64,000 nt of DNA from Acidimicrobiia bacterium (GCA_965200835.1 OZ241390.1:450518-514517); one strand, 5' to 3'; counted from the first letter of the stretch, positions 1-10,495 are shown. A program made the numbers and translations. The notes: generated by a model from the sequence alone, not told the origin.

Positions 1-1148
1 CCGACCTGGATCTGCCGGAATACCAATGGAGACCGTTCACGCCGGTGGTCCCCGAGCGTATCGTCGGCGGTGAAGACTTCTTCGATGTGATCAGCCAGGG
101 CGACCTGCTGGTCCATCATCCGTACGAGTCCTTCGCAGCATCGACTGCCGAGTTCGTACACCGAGCGGCCCATGACCCGCATGTCCTAGCCATCAAGCAA
201 ACCCTGTATCGCACCTCACCCGACAGTTCTATCGCCCGCTCGCTGGTGACGGCCGCCGAGCTGGGCAAGCAGGTGGTGGCTCTGGTGGAACTCAAGGCAC
301 GCTTCGACGAGCAGCGGAACATCGAGCGAGCCCAAGCTCTGGAGGAGGCAGGCGTCCATGTGGTGTACGGGCTGGTGGGTTTGAAGACACATGCCAAGTT
401 GTGCTTGGTGGTACGCCAGGAGAATGGAATGCTGGCTCGCTACGTCCATACGGGCACCGGCAACTACAACGAACGTACTGCCCGGTTGTACGAGGACGTG
501 GGGATGTTCACCAAGGATCCCGACATCGGAGCGGACGTAAGCGACCTGTTCAACCAGCTCACCGGATACAGCAAGCAGAAGTCCTACCGGAAGCTGGTGG
601 TGGCGCCCGCCGAGCTGCGGTCCTTTGTCATCGAACTCATCCGGCGCGAAGGGGAGCACGAGGATGGCCATATCGTGGCCAAGCTCAACGGGCTGGTAGA
701 CGAGCAGACCATCCTGGCGATGTACGAAGCCTCCTGCCGGGGCACCCGGATCGATCTCATCGTGCGGGGAGTTTGCAGCCTCCGCCCCGGGGTCCCCGGG
801 ATGAGCGAGAACATAACGGTCCGGTCTATCGTGGGGCGCTTCCTGGAGCACTCGAGAATCTTCCGGTTCGGACGGCCGGAGCGCGGATTCCGCTATTACA
901 TAGGGTCGGCCGACCTCATGCCCCGCAACCTCGACCGGCGGGTCGAGGCCCTGTTTCCGGTCGAGGACCGGGAGGCGCAACGGAGGCTGGAAGAGGTCCT
1001 GGACCTGTGCAGAGCCGATGACCACCTGGCATGGGCCCTCCAGCCGGACGGGTCTTATCTTCCAAGAGGGCTTCGGAACGACGTGGACGTCCACCAGTCA
1101 TTGATGGACGTCACCCTGGCACGATCCCGCCTCACGAGAGAGCTCTGA
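1..1148 (+). CDS. ppk: polyphosphate kinase 1, C-terminal portion; 5' end lies outside the window, in-frame codons begin at nt 3
   Basis: The 367-aa ORF plus in-frame upstream codons ([15 protein letters not shown]...) reach the window edge without a stop. Typical PPK1 C-terminal PLD-like segments are present ([27 protein letters not shown]). Confidence 0.88.
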   Translation, partial: DLDLPEYQWRPFTPVVPERIVGGEDFFDVISQGDLLVHHPYESFAASTAEFVHRAAHDPHVLAIKQTLYRTSPDSSIARSLVTAAELGKQVVALVELKARFDEQRNIERAQALEEAGVHVVYGLVGLKTHAKLCLVVRQENGMLARYVHTGTGNYNERTARLYEDVGMFTKDPDIGADVSDLFNQLTGYSKQKSYRKLVVAPAELRSFVIELIRREGEHEDGHIVAKLNGLVDEQTILAMYEASCRGTRIDLIVRGVCSLRPGVPGMSENITVRSIVGRFLEHSRIFRFGRPERGFRYYIGSADLMPRNLDRRVEALFPVEDREAQRRLEEVLDLCRADDHLAWALQPDGSYLPRGLRNDVDVHQSLMDVTLARSRLTREL

Positions 1149-1151
1149 CCA

Positions 1152-1664
1152 GTGCCTGCCTTGATGCTGCTACGGCACGCCAAGTCCGACTGGAAGGTCG
1201 ACTACCGCGGGGATCGGATGCGACCCTTGAACAAGCGCGGCGTCAGGTCGGCTCGGGCGGTGGGTGAGTTCGTCTCGAGCCAGGGCTTGGTGCCCGAGCT
1301 GATCTTCACCTCGCCAGCGGTACGAACCGCTACCACCGCTGATCTAGCCGTCGAGGCAGGCGGATGGGACAGTGAGATAGTCACGGTGCCCGACCTGTAC
1401 GGGGCCCACCCGGCTCGGGTGCTGGAACTGGTCAGGGAGGTTCGGAATGTGAACCGCCTCATGGTGGTGGGGCACGAGCCGACCATGTCCGGCGTGCTCG
1501 GGCGGATGTCGGGAAGCCGGGTGCGCGTACCGACCGCCGCCCTGGCCTCCCTCCGGCTCCACCACGATCACTGGGCCGAGATCGCATGGGGAACCGCGGA
1601 GCTGGAATTGTTCATCAGGCCCCGATTGCTGGTCGCGATATCCCAGCAGCGCTACCAGCCTTGA
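1152..1664 (+). CDS. histidine phosphatase superfamily protein (SixA / phosphoglycerate-mutase-like)
   Basis: 170-aa ORF with an N-terminal RHG-type motif (LLRHAKSDW) and an internal VVGHEP motif. It lies immediately downstream of ppk, as in other actinobacteria. Confidence 0.6.
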   Translation: MPALMLLRHAKSDWKVDYRGDRMRPLNKRGVRSARAVGEFVSSQGLVPELIFTSPAVRTATTADLAVEAGGWDSEIVTVPDLYGAHPARVLELVREVRNVNRLMVVGHEPTMSGVLGRMSGSRVRVPTAALASLRLHHDHWAEIAWGTAELELFIRPRLLVAISQQRYQP

Positions 1665-1711
1665 GGGCCGGCGGTGCATTAACCTCGGTGCTGCGCCAGC
1701 AGATCGCCAGA

Positions 1712-3547
1712 GTGAGCACAGCCAGCACACCGATTCTCGACCAGATCCAGGGACCTGAAGACCTCAAGTCCCTGGATGCTCGCGACCTCCGGCGCCTGGC
1801 TGCCGAGATCCGTCGCCTCATCATCACCACGGTCAACCGCAATGGCGGTCACCTGGGATCCAACCTGGGAATCGTCGAGCTGACCATCGCCCTGCATCGA
1901 GTCTTCGACTCCCCGCACGACCCCATACTGTTCGACACCGGGCATCAGACCTATCCTCACAAGCTCCTGACCGGTCGCCAGCCAAACTTCGGCAGCCTTC
2001 GCCAAGCGGACGGGATGTCGGGTTATCCCAGCCGGGTCGAGTCGGCCCATGATTGGATCGAGAACAGCCACGCCTCGACCGCCCTCGCCTATGCCCACGG
2101 GCTGGCCTCGGCCCTGAAGAGCAGAGGCGAGGATCGAAGAGTTGTGGCAGTGGTAGGAGACGGCTCCCTGACCGGGGGAATGGCACTAGAAGGCCTGAAC
2201 AACATCGGTCACTCCGATAGCAAGGTCACGATCATCCTCAATGACAATGGGCGCTCGTATGCCCCCACAGTCTCCAAACTGTCGGAGAGCCTTATCAAGT
2301 TGCGTGCCAGCCCGGTATACATGCGCAGGCAGGAACGTATAGAAAGCATCGCCGAGTCGGTTCCCTGGGTGGGAGACCTGCTACGTCGGGGCATCGGCGC
2401 CACCAAGATGGCCATCCGCCAGATGTGGGATCCGCCGGCCGTCTTCGAACAGCTTGGCATCCATTATGTCGGCCCGTACAACGGCCATGAGATCACAGAG
2501 CTCGAGGAAGTGCTGCACAAGGTCAAGCAGTTCGAAGGACCGACCGTGGTGCATGTGATCACCCAGAAGGGACGGGGCTACCGCCCGGCGGAGCGTGACC
2601 CTATCAAGAACATGCACGACCTCTCTTCCATCCAGCAGGGCAGCTATACCGCCGCCTTCGCTCAGCACCTCGTCGAGCTAGGCGATCGGCATCCCGAGCT
2701 AGTAGCAGTAACTGCCGCCATGCCGGACTCCACTGGATTACTGCCTTTCATCGACCGTTTCCCGGACCGGGCGTTCGACGTGGGAATCGCCGAGCAGCAT
2801 GCCGTGACGATGGCTACCGGGATGGCGATGGGCGGGTTGCGTCCGGTGGTCGCCATCTACTCGACCTTCCTCACCCGAGCCCTGGACCAGATCAATCTGG
2901 ACACCGCCCTCCACCGCTGTCCCGTGGTGTTCTGCATAGACCGGGCGGGGATAACGGGGGATGACGGAGCATCCCACCACGGTCTGCTCGACATGGTGCT
3001 CCTGTCGAAGATCCCGGGCATGACCATCTTCGCGCCCTCGTCCTATGAGGAACTTCCCGCCATGCTGGATGCCGCGCTGGGCATAACCTACGGTCCCTCC
3101 GCCATCCGCTGGCCGAAAGGACCCGCACCTCCGATCCCCGAATGGGAGTTGGCATCGGAGCTATCGGCCAGGCGGGCTCGGGAGGGCACCGAGATTTGCC
3201 TGATCGGGGTGGGCAAGATGTTCACCAGTGCCTGCGAAGCAGCCGATCTACTGGAACTCGAAGGAGTCAGCTGCTCGGTATGGGATCCCAGGGTCGTCAA
3301 GCCGCTCGACCCGGTGATGATCAGCGACGCTGCCCACCATCGCCTGGTGGTCACGATCGAGGATGGACTGCGAGAGGGCGGGATCGGCCAAGCCATCCGG
3401 GACCGGATCTCAGCATCCGCCCCCACTCCGGTGGTGGTGCTCGGTATTCCCACCACCCATATACCTCACGGAGCGGTGGACCGGATCCTGGCCGATTACG
3501 GACTCGACGCTGCGGGCATCGTCGCCACCGCCCTGAAGCACCTGTAA
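1712..3547 (+). CDS. dxs: 1-deoxy-D-xylulose-5-phosphate synthase
   Basis: Strong DXS hallmarks (GHLGSNLG, DTGHQ, thiamine-PP binding GDG..TGGMALE, transketolase-like C-terminus). The start was moved to the in-frame GTG at 1712 because the longer ORF would overlap the upstream gene. Confidence 0.93.
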   Translation: MSTASTPILDQIQGPEDLKSLDARDLRRLAAEIRRLIITTVNRNGGHLGSNLGIVELTIALHRVFDSPHDPILFDTGHQTYPHKLLTGRQPNFGSLRQADGMSGYPSRVESAHDWIENSHASTALAYAHGLASALKSRGEDRRVVAVVGDGSLTGGMALEGLNNIGHSDSKVTIILNDNGRSYAPTVSKLSESLIKLRASPVYMRRQERIESIAESVPWVGDLLRRGIGATKMAIRQMWDPPAVFEQLGIHYVGPYNGHEITELEEVLHKVKQFEGPTVVHVITQKGRGYRPAERDPIKNMHDLSSIQQGSYTAAFAQHLVELGDRHPELVAVTAAMPDSTGLLPFIDRFPDRAFDVGIAEQHAVTMATGMAMGGLRPVVAIYSTFLTRALDQINLDTALHRCPVVFCIDRAGITGDDGASHHGLLDMVLLSKIPGMTIFAPSSYEELPAMLDAALGITYGPSAIRWPKGPAPPIPEWELASELSARRAREGTEICLIGVGKMFTSACEAADLLELEGVSCSVWDPRVVKPLDPVMISDAAHHRLVVTIEDGLREGGIGQAIRDRISASAPTPVVVLGIPTTHIPHGAVDRILADYGLDAAGIVATALKHL

Positions 3548-3671
3548 GGCCAGCTAATCAACTCGGTTGACCTATAATCCAGCCGGACAGTGGGTTGCCG
3601 TCGAACGGAACCCACGAGGCCGATTTGGGTCTCATAGGCGACACGGGAAGGAACGAAAGGTTCGACAGCTT

Positions 3672-4838
3672 ATGATCAAGAAACTAATACCCCTATTTTG
3701 CGTGCTGGCTCTGATAGTCAGCGCTTGTGGCGGGGATTCCACATCGGAACCCGAGGCCACGACCGCGGCGACCGAGGCTGCCACTACCACCGCCGCCGCC
3801 ACGACAGCCGAGACGATGGCAGAGGAACCGGAAGAAGTGACAGTGGACCTGAGCCAGGGTGGAACGCTCGCTGAGGTTCAAGCCCGTGGATCCCTGCGAT
3901 GCGGGGTCTCCACCAGCGCCATCGGTTTCGCTGAGCCGCAACCCGACGGTTCATACAACGGATTCGACGCCGATTTCTGCCGCGCAGTAGCCGCCGCAGT
4001 GCTGGGCGATGCCAGTGCGGTCGAGTTCGTAGGAACCACCGCGGCCGAGCGCTTCAACGTGCTGGCTGCCGGTGAGATCGATGTGCTCTTCCGGAACACC
4101 ACCTGGACCCAGAGCCGTGACACCGAGATCGGTGGCGACTTTGGACCGACCACCTTCTACGATGGCCAGCAGGTGATGGGCAAGGCCGACTTCGGCTTCA
4201 CCGATGCATCGACCCTGGCCGACGTGGATGGCGCCCGTCTTTGCACCAATGCGGGAACCACCACCGAGAAGAACATCACCGAGGGTGCTCGCGTCGTGGG
4301 CGCGGAGATCGAGCTGGTGACGGTCGAGGCCTTCCCGGAGGCCATGGAGCTGTTCCGCCAGGGATCCTGCGACCTGGTGACCACCGATGGCTCGGCCCTG
4401 TTCGGCCATCGCTACTCGTCAGTCCAGAACGGTGAGATCGCGGAGGGTGAGTGGATCATCTTCCCGACCACTCCGATCTCCAAGGAGCCGCTCGGGCCCA
4501 TGTACCGGCAGAACGACAGCCAGTGGGCTGACGTCATCAACTGGTTGGTCTTCGCGCTGGTGATCGCCGACGAGAAGGGCGTTACGTCCATGAATGTCGA
4601 CGAGATGGCCGCCAACCCACCCGATCCGGAGGTTGGTCGCCTCCTCGGCGTGGGTGAGGACGAGCTCCAGTCCAAGATGGGGATCCCGGCCGACGGGTTC
4701 CAGCAGGCGATCCGCCAGGTTGGGAACTACGACGAGATCTACGTCAACAACCTGGAATCTCTCGGTTTCACCAGGATTGGCTCCGCCAATGCCCGCTGGA
4801 CCGAAGGTGGTCTGATCTACGCTCCTCCGGCGCGCTGA
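3672..4838 (+). CDS. ABC transporter substrate-binding lipoprotein, polar/general amino-acid family (AapJ/BztA-like)
   Basis: Signal peptide plus lipobox (LIVSACGG), Ala/Thr-rich linker, family-3 solute-binding fold motifs. It is the first gene of a four-gene SBP-permease-permease-ATPase operon. Start taken at ATG 3672 (MIKKLIP). Confidence 0.8.
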   Translation: MIKKLIPLFCVLALIVSACGGDSTSEPEATTAATEAATTTAAATTAETMAEEPEEVTVDLSQGGTLAEVQARGSLRCGVSTSAIGFAEPQPDGSYNGFDADFCRAVAAAVLGDASAVEFVGTTAAERFNVLAAGEIDVLFRNTTWTQSRDTEIGGDFGPTTFYDGQQVMGKADFGFTDASTLADVDGARLCTNAGTTTEKNITEGARVVGAEIELVTVEAFPEAMELFRQGSCDLVTTDGSALFGHRYSSVQNGEIAEGEWIIFPTTPISKEPLGPMYRQNDSQWADVINWLVFALVIADEKGVTSMNVDEMAANPPDPEVGRLLGVGEDELQSKMGIPADGFQQAIRQVGNYDEIYVNNLESLGFTRIGSANARWTEGGLIYAPPAR

Positions 4839-4864
4839 TCGACACATTTTCTTGACCTTGAGAA

Positions 4865-4894
4865 GGGGGCACCGCCAACGGTGCCCCCTTTTCC
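4865..4894 (+). terminator. intrinsic terminator/attenuator hairpin between the SBP gene and the first permease gene
   Basis: GGGGGCACCG-CCAA-CGGTGCCCCC perfect 10-bp stem followed by TTTTCC, 27 nt after the SBP stop codon. Confidence 0.65.
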
Positions 4895-4939
4895 GCGTTC
4901 TGAGTTGGTATGATTTAGGTACTGAACGCGGGCGGTCGC

Positions 4940-6493
4940 ATGTCAACACCAACCGACAGAACATCTGAGGGCCGGGTTCCCATATGGCGGAATGTGGTCG
5001 TCATCAAGTGGGCGACCCAGTTCGCAGTTCTCGTGGGTGTGATCTGGATGGGATTCATCCTGATCACCCAGGCCAACTCCAACCTACTGGCCACCGGTAT
5101 CCCCTTTTCATGGGACTTCCTAGGAGAGCCGCTCGGCGTGAAGCTCCTCGAGGGACTCAACACCGATCCCGAGTCCGGTCTGGAAGCCTTGGCCGTCGGG
5201 ATGGTCAACATGATCCGGATTGCCTGGAGTGGCGTGATCGCCGCCACCATCCTCGGCACGGTGATTGGCGTGGCCAGATTGTCCTCCAACTGGATCGTCA
5301 CCAGAATCGCCAACTCCTACATCGAGTTCTTCCGCAACATCCCCCTCCTGGTCCAGATCTTCTTCTGGCAGGCGCTGATCATCGGCGTGCTTCCCGACCT
5401 GACACCGGATATGGCTGGAAGCGGGTGGTTCTTCGGCAGCCCGAAGGGGATCGCCATGCCATGGTTCACTCCCCAAGCCGGCCGCTGGCAATACACCGCG
5501 CTGGTGATCGTGGGCGTCGTCGTGGCGCGCTGGGTCTATCGTCGGCGCGTCGATCTGCTCGAACGGGAAGGCCGCGAGACCAATGCCCTGAGCTGGGGAT
5601 TAGGCACCTTTGCGTTGTTCCTCGTTGGTGGATGGTTTGTCCACCCGATCCTCGGCGTGCTGGGCTGGGTCTTTGCAGGTCTCGCCTGGGTAGCCGGAAC
5701 ATTGCCGGTGTTCGCCTTCCAGGTGATTCTGGCTGTGGCCGCAGTCGGGTTAGCCGTCCGTTACATCCTCCGGTACCTGCAAGGACTCCGCACCCCTGCC
5801 GGAATGGCTCAACCCACAGACGACGACATCTTCCGCCTAGTTGTGGCAGCAGTAATAGCGGTGGGTCTGGCCATCTTCCTGTTCTCGGGAGCCGGGGAAG
5901 CTACGGTCGCTCGGTTCTTCGGCAGGACCATGACGTACAAGATGAACTGGGGACTCGAGCCCCTGTTCGAGTTCCTGGCTTCCCGATTCCAGTTCGCTGG
6001 AGGGGCCCCGCTCAGCTTCACCCTCCCGGAGGTGATCGTTCCCACCAACTTCCCCCGGTACTCTGGGGAGGTCGGAAAGGCCCTCACGCCGGGATTCGTG
6101 GCCGTCTGGATGGGTGTCACCTTCTATACGGCAGCCTTCATAGCCGAGATCGTCCGGGCCGGAATCATGGCAGTGCCGCGGGGCCAGAGCGAAGCCGCTA
6201 CGGCGATGGGTCTAAAGAGGGGCCAGGCGCTGCGCTTGGTGGTGCTCCCTCAGGCCTTCCGGATCATCCTTCCTCCCCTCGGCTCCCAGTACCTCAACCT
6301 GGCCAAGAACACCTCGCTGGGAATCGCGGTCGCCTACGCCGACATAGTCCAGGTGGGACAGACGATCATCAACCAGGAAGCTCAATCCTTGGCCGTGTTC
6401 ATGATCTGGATGATGTTCTACTCCATGGTGAGTCTGATCCTGTCCGGCATCGTCAACTATTACAACCGTAAGATGGCCCTGGTGGAGCGCTGA
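4940..6493 (+). CDS. amino-acid ABC transporter permease (AapQ/BztB-like)
   Basis: 517-aa polytopic membrane protein. The C-terminal half carries the His/Glu/Gln/Arg/opine permease signature region (EAATAMGLKRGQALRLVVLPQA...). Confidence 0.8.
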   Translation: MSTPTDRTSEGRVPIWRNVVVIKWATQFAVLVGVIWMGFILITQANSNLLATGIPFSWDFLGEPLGVKLLEGLNTDPESGLEALAVGMVNMIRIAWSGVIAATILGTVIGVARLSSNWIVTRIANSYIEFFRNIPLLVQIFFWQALIIGVLPDLTPDMAGSGWFFGSPKGIAMPWFTPQAGRWQYTALVIVGVVVARWVYRRRVDLLEREGRETNALSWGLGTFALFLVGGWFVHPILGVLGWVFAGLAWVAGTLPVFAFQVILAVAAVGLAVRYILRYLQGLRTPAGMAQPTDDDIFRLVVAAVIAVGLAIFLFSGAGEATVARFFGRTMTYKMNWGLEPLFEFLASRFQFAGGAPLSFTLPEVIVPTNFPRYSGEVGKALTPGFVAVWMGVTFYTAAFIAEIVRAGIMAVPRGQSEAATAMGLKRGQALRLVVLPQAFRIILPPLGSQYLNLAKNTSLGIAVAYADIVQVGQTIINQEAQSLAVFMIWMMFYSMVSLILSGIVNYYNRKMALVER

Positions 6494-6494
6494 C

Positions 6495-8543
6495 ATGGCT
6501 AAAGAGACACCCGACTTGACCACTGTCGATCCGGTCGAGCGAGCGCCCGATCCTCCGCCGGCCGGACCCTGGCGGTGGATGCGGGAGAACCTGTTCATCG
6601 GTCACACCCCTCGTCAGATCGGCTTCAACGCCTTCCTGACGGTGGTTTTCATACTGATCCTGCTGAACATCCTGCGCTTCGTGACGTCCTACATGTTTTC
6701 CCCGGGACGTAGGTGGTCGGCCGTCACGTACAACATGAAGCTGATGATGGTGCAGGCCTACCCACAGGAGGATCTGATCCGGATCTGGTCCTCCCTAGGC
6801 ATCTTCGTGGTGCTAACGGTCTGGTCGATGGCCTCCTGGAAAGTGGGTGGTCGCCTCGAACTCTCCACCTTCGCTAGGGGAGTCCGGACCGGGGCGGCCC
6901 TGGTGGCCGTCGCCGCCATCATGCACCATGCGGCCGAGGCCGCCAGTTTCGGTATCCCTCTCTTGATGTTCGACTCCCCGGCCGACTGGAGCACCCTCCG
7001 GACAGGGGTCTTCCTGGTCGCAGTTGCCCTGGCTGTGGTGGCTCATCTCGTGGGGCAACGGGCCCGCGCGGCCGACCCTTCACCAACCATCCCGACCCTG
7101 GCGGTACCCGTGATAATCATGGCTGCCCTGGTCGCCGCTATGTGGACAGTCGAACTGCCGGTTCCGCTGGAACAGTACGACGAGAACACCGCCCGGATCG
7201 CCTCCACCACCACCGGACCCTGGACGATCCTATTTGCCCTGGCCGTAGTGGCGTACATGGTGGGCCTGAGGATCGAGCGGCACCGGCCTCGTACCCTACG
7301 GCGGTTCCTGGTCTGGGCGTGGATACTTTCCTATCCGGTCATCATCTTCATCATCCAACGCAACCCCGTCCTCGACTGGTCGGACATACTCGGTTTCGGC
7401 GAGACCCCTTTCCTACGCTCGGACCTGGGAACGCTGTTGCTGGTCGGCCTGCTTGGGAGTGCCGCCCTATGGGTGCTGGCGCTTCCCAACAGCCGCAAGG
7501 CCGCTGGCATCGTGGTAATCATCGTCGGCTTGGTAGTGGCTGGTTTGCCCTTCGCCTTCGGAAGTGAAGCACCCTTCTGGGCCACCGCGGGAGTGCTACT
7601 GGTGGGGGCGGGAGTGGTGCTGGCCGGTCTGTTGATACCGGACTCTATCGAGTCGATCAGGGCCGCCGGCGCCGGACTGGCACTGGTGTGCCTGCTGGTG
7701 TGGTTCGTTCCCATGCCGTTCATCTACCGAATCCTGATAGTGGTCTTCACGCTGTTCCTGGTGGTCACCCCAACCTTCGGCGGAACCGAAAAGGGACGCT
7801 TCACCCTCGTGCGAGCCTGGCTATTGATGGTGCTGGCAGTGGTAACTGCCTTCCGACTTGGTGCTGCCCCTACCTCGCTGGAGTTCCAAGGCACCACCTT
7901 CCTGGGCGGTTTCAACCTCACCATCCTGCTGGCGGTAACCGGGATTGCCCTGTCACTTCCCGTTGGTCTGGTTCTCGCACTGGCCCGCACCTCGTCCTTG
8001 CCGATCTTCCGCATACTTGCCACTGGATACATCGAGCTGGTTCGGAGCATTCCCCTCATCACCTGGCTCTTCTTCGGAGCAAACATGCTCGCCGCTTTCT
8101 TGCCTGCAGGGGTGGAGTTCGACGAGATCGTGCGGACCGTGGCGGTCGTCTGCATCTTCAACTCTGCGTATGTGGCTGAGAACATTCGGGGAGGACTGCA
8201 AGCCATCAATCGGGGCCAGCACGAAGCAGCGCGTGCCGTGGGGCTGACCATCGTGCAGTCCAACTCACTGGTGATCCTTCCCCAGGCGGTGAGAACCGTG
8301 ATTCCGGCGATAATCGGATCGATCATTGTCTCATTCAAGGACACTTCCCTGGTGGCGATCATCGGGCTGGCCGACATACTGCTGATCGCCCGATTCTTCA
8401 TACCCAATCAGAGCGATCCAAACTTCCAGGGAACCCTGCCCCAGATGATGTTCTTCATGGCACTGTTCTATTGGATCATCACCTTCACGATCTCCCGACT
8501 GGGCATGCGTTACGAACGCAGCCAAGGTCTCGGAGAGCGCTGA
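6495..8543 (+). CDS. amino-acid ABC transporter permease (AapM/BztC-like) with an unusually long (~290 aa) extra multi-TM insertion
   Basis: 682 aa with an AapM-like N-terminus (WMRENLFIGHTPRQIG...) and a C-terminal permease domain (EAARAVGLTIVQSNSLVILPQAVR...). Its start is 2 nt after the previous stop. Confidence 0.75.
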   Translation: MAKETPDLTTVDPVERAPDPPPAGPWRWMRENLFIGHTPRQIGFNAFLTVVFILILLNILRFVTSYMFSPGRRWSAVTYNMKLMMVQAYPQEDLIRIWSSLGIFVVLTVWSMASWKVGGRLELSTFARGVRTGAALVAVAAIMHHAAEAASFGIPLLMFDSPADWSTLRTGVFLVAVALAVVAHLVGQRARAADPSPTIPTLAVPVIIMAALVAAMWTVELPVPLEQYDENTARIASTTTGPWTILFALAVVAYMVGLRIERHRPRTLRRFLVWAWILSYPVIIFIIQRNPVLDWSDILGFGETPFLRSDLGTLLLVGLLGSAALWVLALPNSRKAAGIVVIIVGLVVAGLPFAFGSEAPFWATAGVLLVGAGVVLAGLLIPDSIESIRAAGAGLALVCLLVWFVPMPFIYRILIVVFTLFLVVTPTFGGTEKGRFTLVRAWLLMVLAVVTAFRLGAAPTSLEFQGTTFLGGFNLTILLAVTGIALSLPVGLVLALARTSSLPIFRILATGYIELVRSIPLITWLFFGANMLAAFLPAGVEFDEIVRTVAVVCIFNSAYVAENIRGGLQAINRGQHEAARAVGLTIVQSNSLVILPQAVRTVIPAIIGSIIVSFKDTSLVAIIGLADILLIARFFIPNQSDPNFQGTLPQMMFFMALFYWIITFTISRLGMRYERSQGLGER

Positions 8544-8571
8544 TGGCCCGGTTTAGTCGAGGGAGGACGGC

Positions 8572-9327
8572 ATGAGCAGCAACGGAGAAGGTAGGGCCTC
8601 AGAGGCGATCGTTTGCGAGGACATCAAGAAGTGGTTCGGTGACTTCCAGGCCCTGACCGGGGTGAGCACCTCCATCGGCTGGGGGGAAGTGGTAGTAGTC
8701 ATCGGTCCCTCCGGCTCCGGTAAGTCCACCTTCATACGGTGCATCAACCGGCTCGAGAACCACCAGAAGGGTCGCATCGTCGTGGATGGCATCGAGCTGA
8801 CCAACGACGTCCGCAATATCGACGCCATCCGACGGGAGATCGGCATGGTCTTCCAGCAGTTCAATCTGTTCCCTCACCTCACCGTCCTGCAGAACATAAC
8901 GCTGGCTCCCATATGGGTACGCAACCGGACCCGTACTGACTCCGAAGGCGAAGCCATGAAGCTGCTCGAGAGGGTGGGTATTCCCGAGCAGGCCGACAAG
9001 TATCCGGGCCAGCTGTCGGGCGGCCAGCAGCAGAGGGTTGCCATAGCCCGTGCCCTGGCCATGAACCCTGAGATCATGCTGTTCGACGAGCCTACTTCCG
9101 CTCTCGACCCGGAGATGATCAAGGAAGTGCTGGACGTGATGAAGGAGTTGGCCAAGTCGGGCATGACGATGATCGTGGTGACCCATGAAATGGGATTCGC
9201 CCGCGAGGTTGCCGACCGGATCCTCTTCTTCGACTACGGCACGATCGTCGAGGAAGGAACGCCCGAGCACTTCTTCACCAACCCCCAGCACGACCGCACC
9301 AAGCTGTTCCTCAGCCAGATTCTCTAA
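8572..9327 (+). CDS. amino-acid ABC transporter ATP-binding protein (AapP/GlnQ-like)
   Basis: Walker [13 protein letters not shown] signature [15 protein letters not shown], Walker [13 protein letters not shown]-loop VTHEMGFA. Confidence 0.92.
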   Translation: MSSNGEGRASEAIVCEDIKKWFGDFQALTGVSTSIGWGEVVVVIGPSGSGKSTFIRCINRLENHQKGRIVVDGIELTNDVRNIDAIRREIGMVFQQFNLFPHLTVLQNITLAPIWVRNRTRTDSEGEAMKLLERVGIPEQADKYPGQLSGGQQQRVAIARALAMNPEIMLFDEPTSALDPEMIKEVLDVMKELAKSGMTMIVVTHEMGFAREVADRILFFDYGTIVEEGTPEHFFTNPQHDRTKLFLSQIL

Positions 9328-9358
9328 ACAAACTCAACCCCCTCATACGGGTGTTGGC

Positions 9359-9391
9359 GGGCAGGACGTGTCCCTCCTGCCCGTTTTCGTT
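9359..9391 (+). terminator. intrinsic terminator of the ABC transporter operon
   Basis: GGGCAGGA-cgtgtccc-TCCTGCCC 8-bp perfect stem followed by GTTTTCGTT, 32 nt after the ATPase stop. Confidence 0.7.
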
Positions 9392-9458
9392 GAGAGTCCC
9401 CTGCGGCGCGGCGGTCGGATCACCTGCCCCTCTCGCGTCCAGTGCCCGCCCGCCTCTC

Positions 9459-9498
9459 AAAGCGTGAGACCCGGGTCGGTTCCCGGGTCTCACGCTTT
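9459..9498. terminator. long perfect palindrome between convergent genes (probable bidirectional terminator / structured element)
   Basis: AAAGCGTGAGACCCGGG-tcggtt-CCCGGGTCTCACGCTTT: 17-bp perfect inverted repeat with A-run and T-run flanks, 19 nt from the SPFH gene stop on the minus strand. Confidence 0.55.
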
Positions 9499-9516
9499 CA
9501 CTGAATTGGGAGGGGA

Positions 9517-10458
9517 TCAGCCGGTCATGTCTGCCTTATCACCGGAGTTGACACCGTCTTTGAACATCTCTCCGATGGAGCCTACCGCTCCCAGCAACCC
9601 CGACGTGTCGAGCGGGAGGAAGATCTTGGTGGCCTGACCATTGGCCACCCCCTCCAACGTCTCCAGGTAGCGGATGGCGATCAGGTCGTCAGTCGGATCT
9701 CCAGTGTGGATTGCCTGGAATACCCGTTCGATGGCTTGTCCTTCACCTTCCGCCACGGTGAGCTTCTGGTACTTCTCGGCATCGGCCACTCGCTTGATCG
9801 CCTCGGCTTCACCCTCGGCCCGCAGGATGGCTGACTCCTTGACACCCTCCGCCTGGAGAATGGCCGAGCGCTTCTCACCCTCAGCCTCGGTCACCGCCGC
9901 CCTACGATCCCGCTCCGCCTTCATCTGGCGGTGCATGGCATCGGCCACGTCCGGCGGCGGCTCGATCCGCTGGATCTCGACCCGAACCACCCGGGTTCCC
10001 CACTTGTCGGTGGCATCGTCGAGTATCTGGCGCAGCTTGGTGTTGATCAGCTCACGGGAGATCAGCGCCTCGTCGAGCTGCAGGTCACCGACCACGTTCC
10101 TGAGGTTGGTCTGGGCCAACTTGGTGATGGCCAGGATGAAGTTGCCGACCGCATACTTGAGCTTCACAGGGTCGGTCGCCTCGTAATAGATGACCGCGTC
10201 GACCGTCACCACCACGTTGTCCTTGGTGATGACCTCCTGGGGTGGAACATCCACCACCTGCTCGCGCATGTCCACCTTCAACATCCTCTGTACGAAGGGG
10301 ATCACGAACCGCAGCCCGGGTGACACGGTGTTGCGGTATTTGCCCAATACCTCAATCAAGCCCTGCTCGTATGGTCGCACGATCCGGAACCCGCTGGCGG
10401 CGATGATGAGCACCGCCAGCGCCACGACGATTAGCAGGATTACAGGAGCAAGATCCAT
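9517..10458 (-). CDS. SPFH/band-7 domain protein (stomatin/prohibitin-like, QmcA/YbbK type)
   Basis: N-terminal TM anchor followed by an SPFH domain and a coiled-coil Ala/Glu-rich C-terminus. Paired with an upstream NfeD gene. Confidence 0.85.
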   Translation of the reverse strand: MDLAPVILLIVVALAVLIIAASGFRIVRPYEQGLIEVLGKYRNTVSPGLRFVIPFVQRMLKVDMREQVVDVPPQEVITKDNVVVTVDAVIYYEATDPVKLKYAVGNFILAITKLAQTNLRNVVGDLQLDEALISRELINTKLRQILDDATDKWGTRVVRVEIQRIEPPPDVADAMHRQMKAERDRRAAVTEAEGEKRSAILQAEGVKESAILRAEGEAEAIKRVADAEKYQKLTVAEGEGQAIERVFQAIHTGDPTDDLIAIRYLETLEGVANGQATKIFLPLDTSGLLGAVGSIGEMFKDGVNSGDKADMTG

Positions 10459-10495
10459 GTGTTTTTCCTTTCTTATCGAATCTTATCGAACTTGG

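Noticed and set aside
216-1094. Long antisense ORFs overlapping annotated genes (e.g. 216..1094 minus over ppk, 4984..6471 plus over the permease, 29582..30748 plus over rpoC, 32589..34460 plus over rpoB, 45875..46909 plus over the MidA gene).
   Set aside because: Typical stop-poor alternative frames of high-GC DNA. Their products are Arg/Pro/Gly-rich low-complexity sequences without recognisable motifs, and the co-located frames encode clearly conserved proteins.
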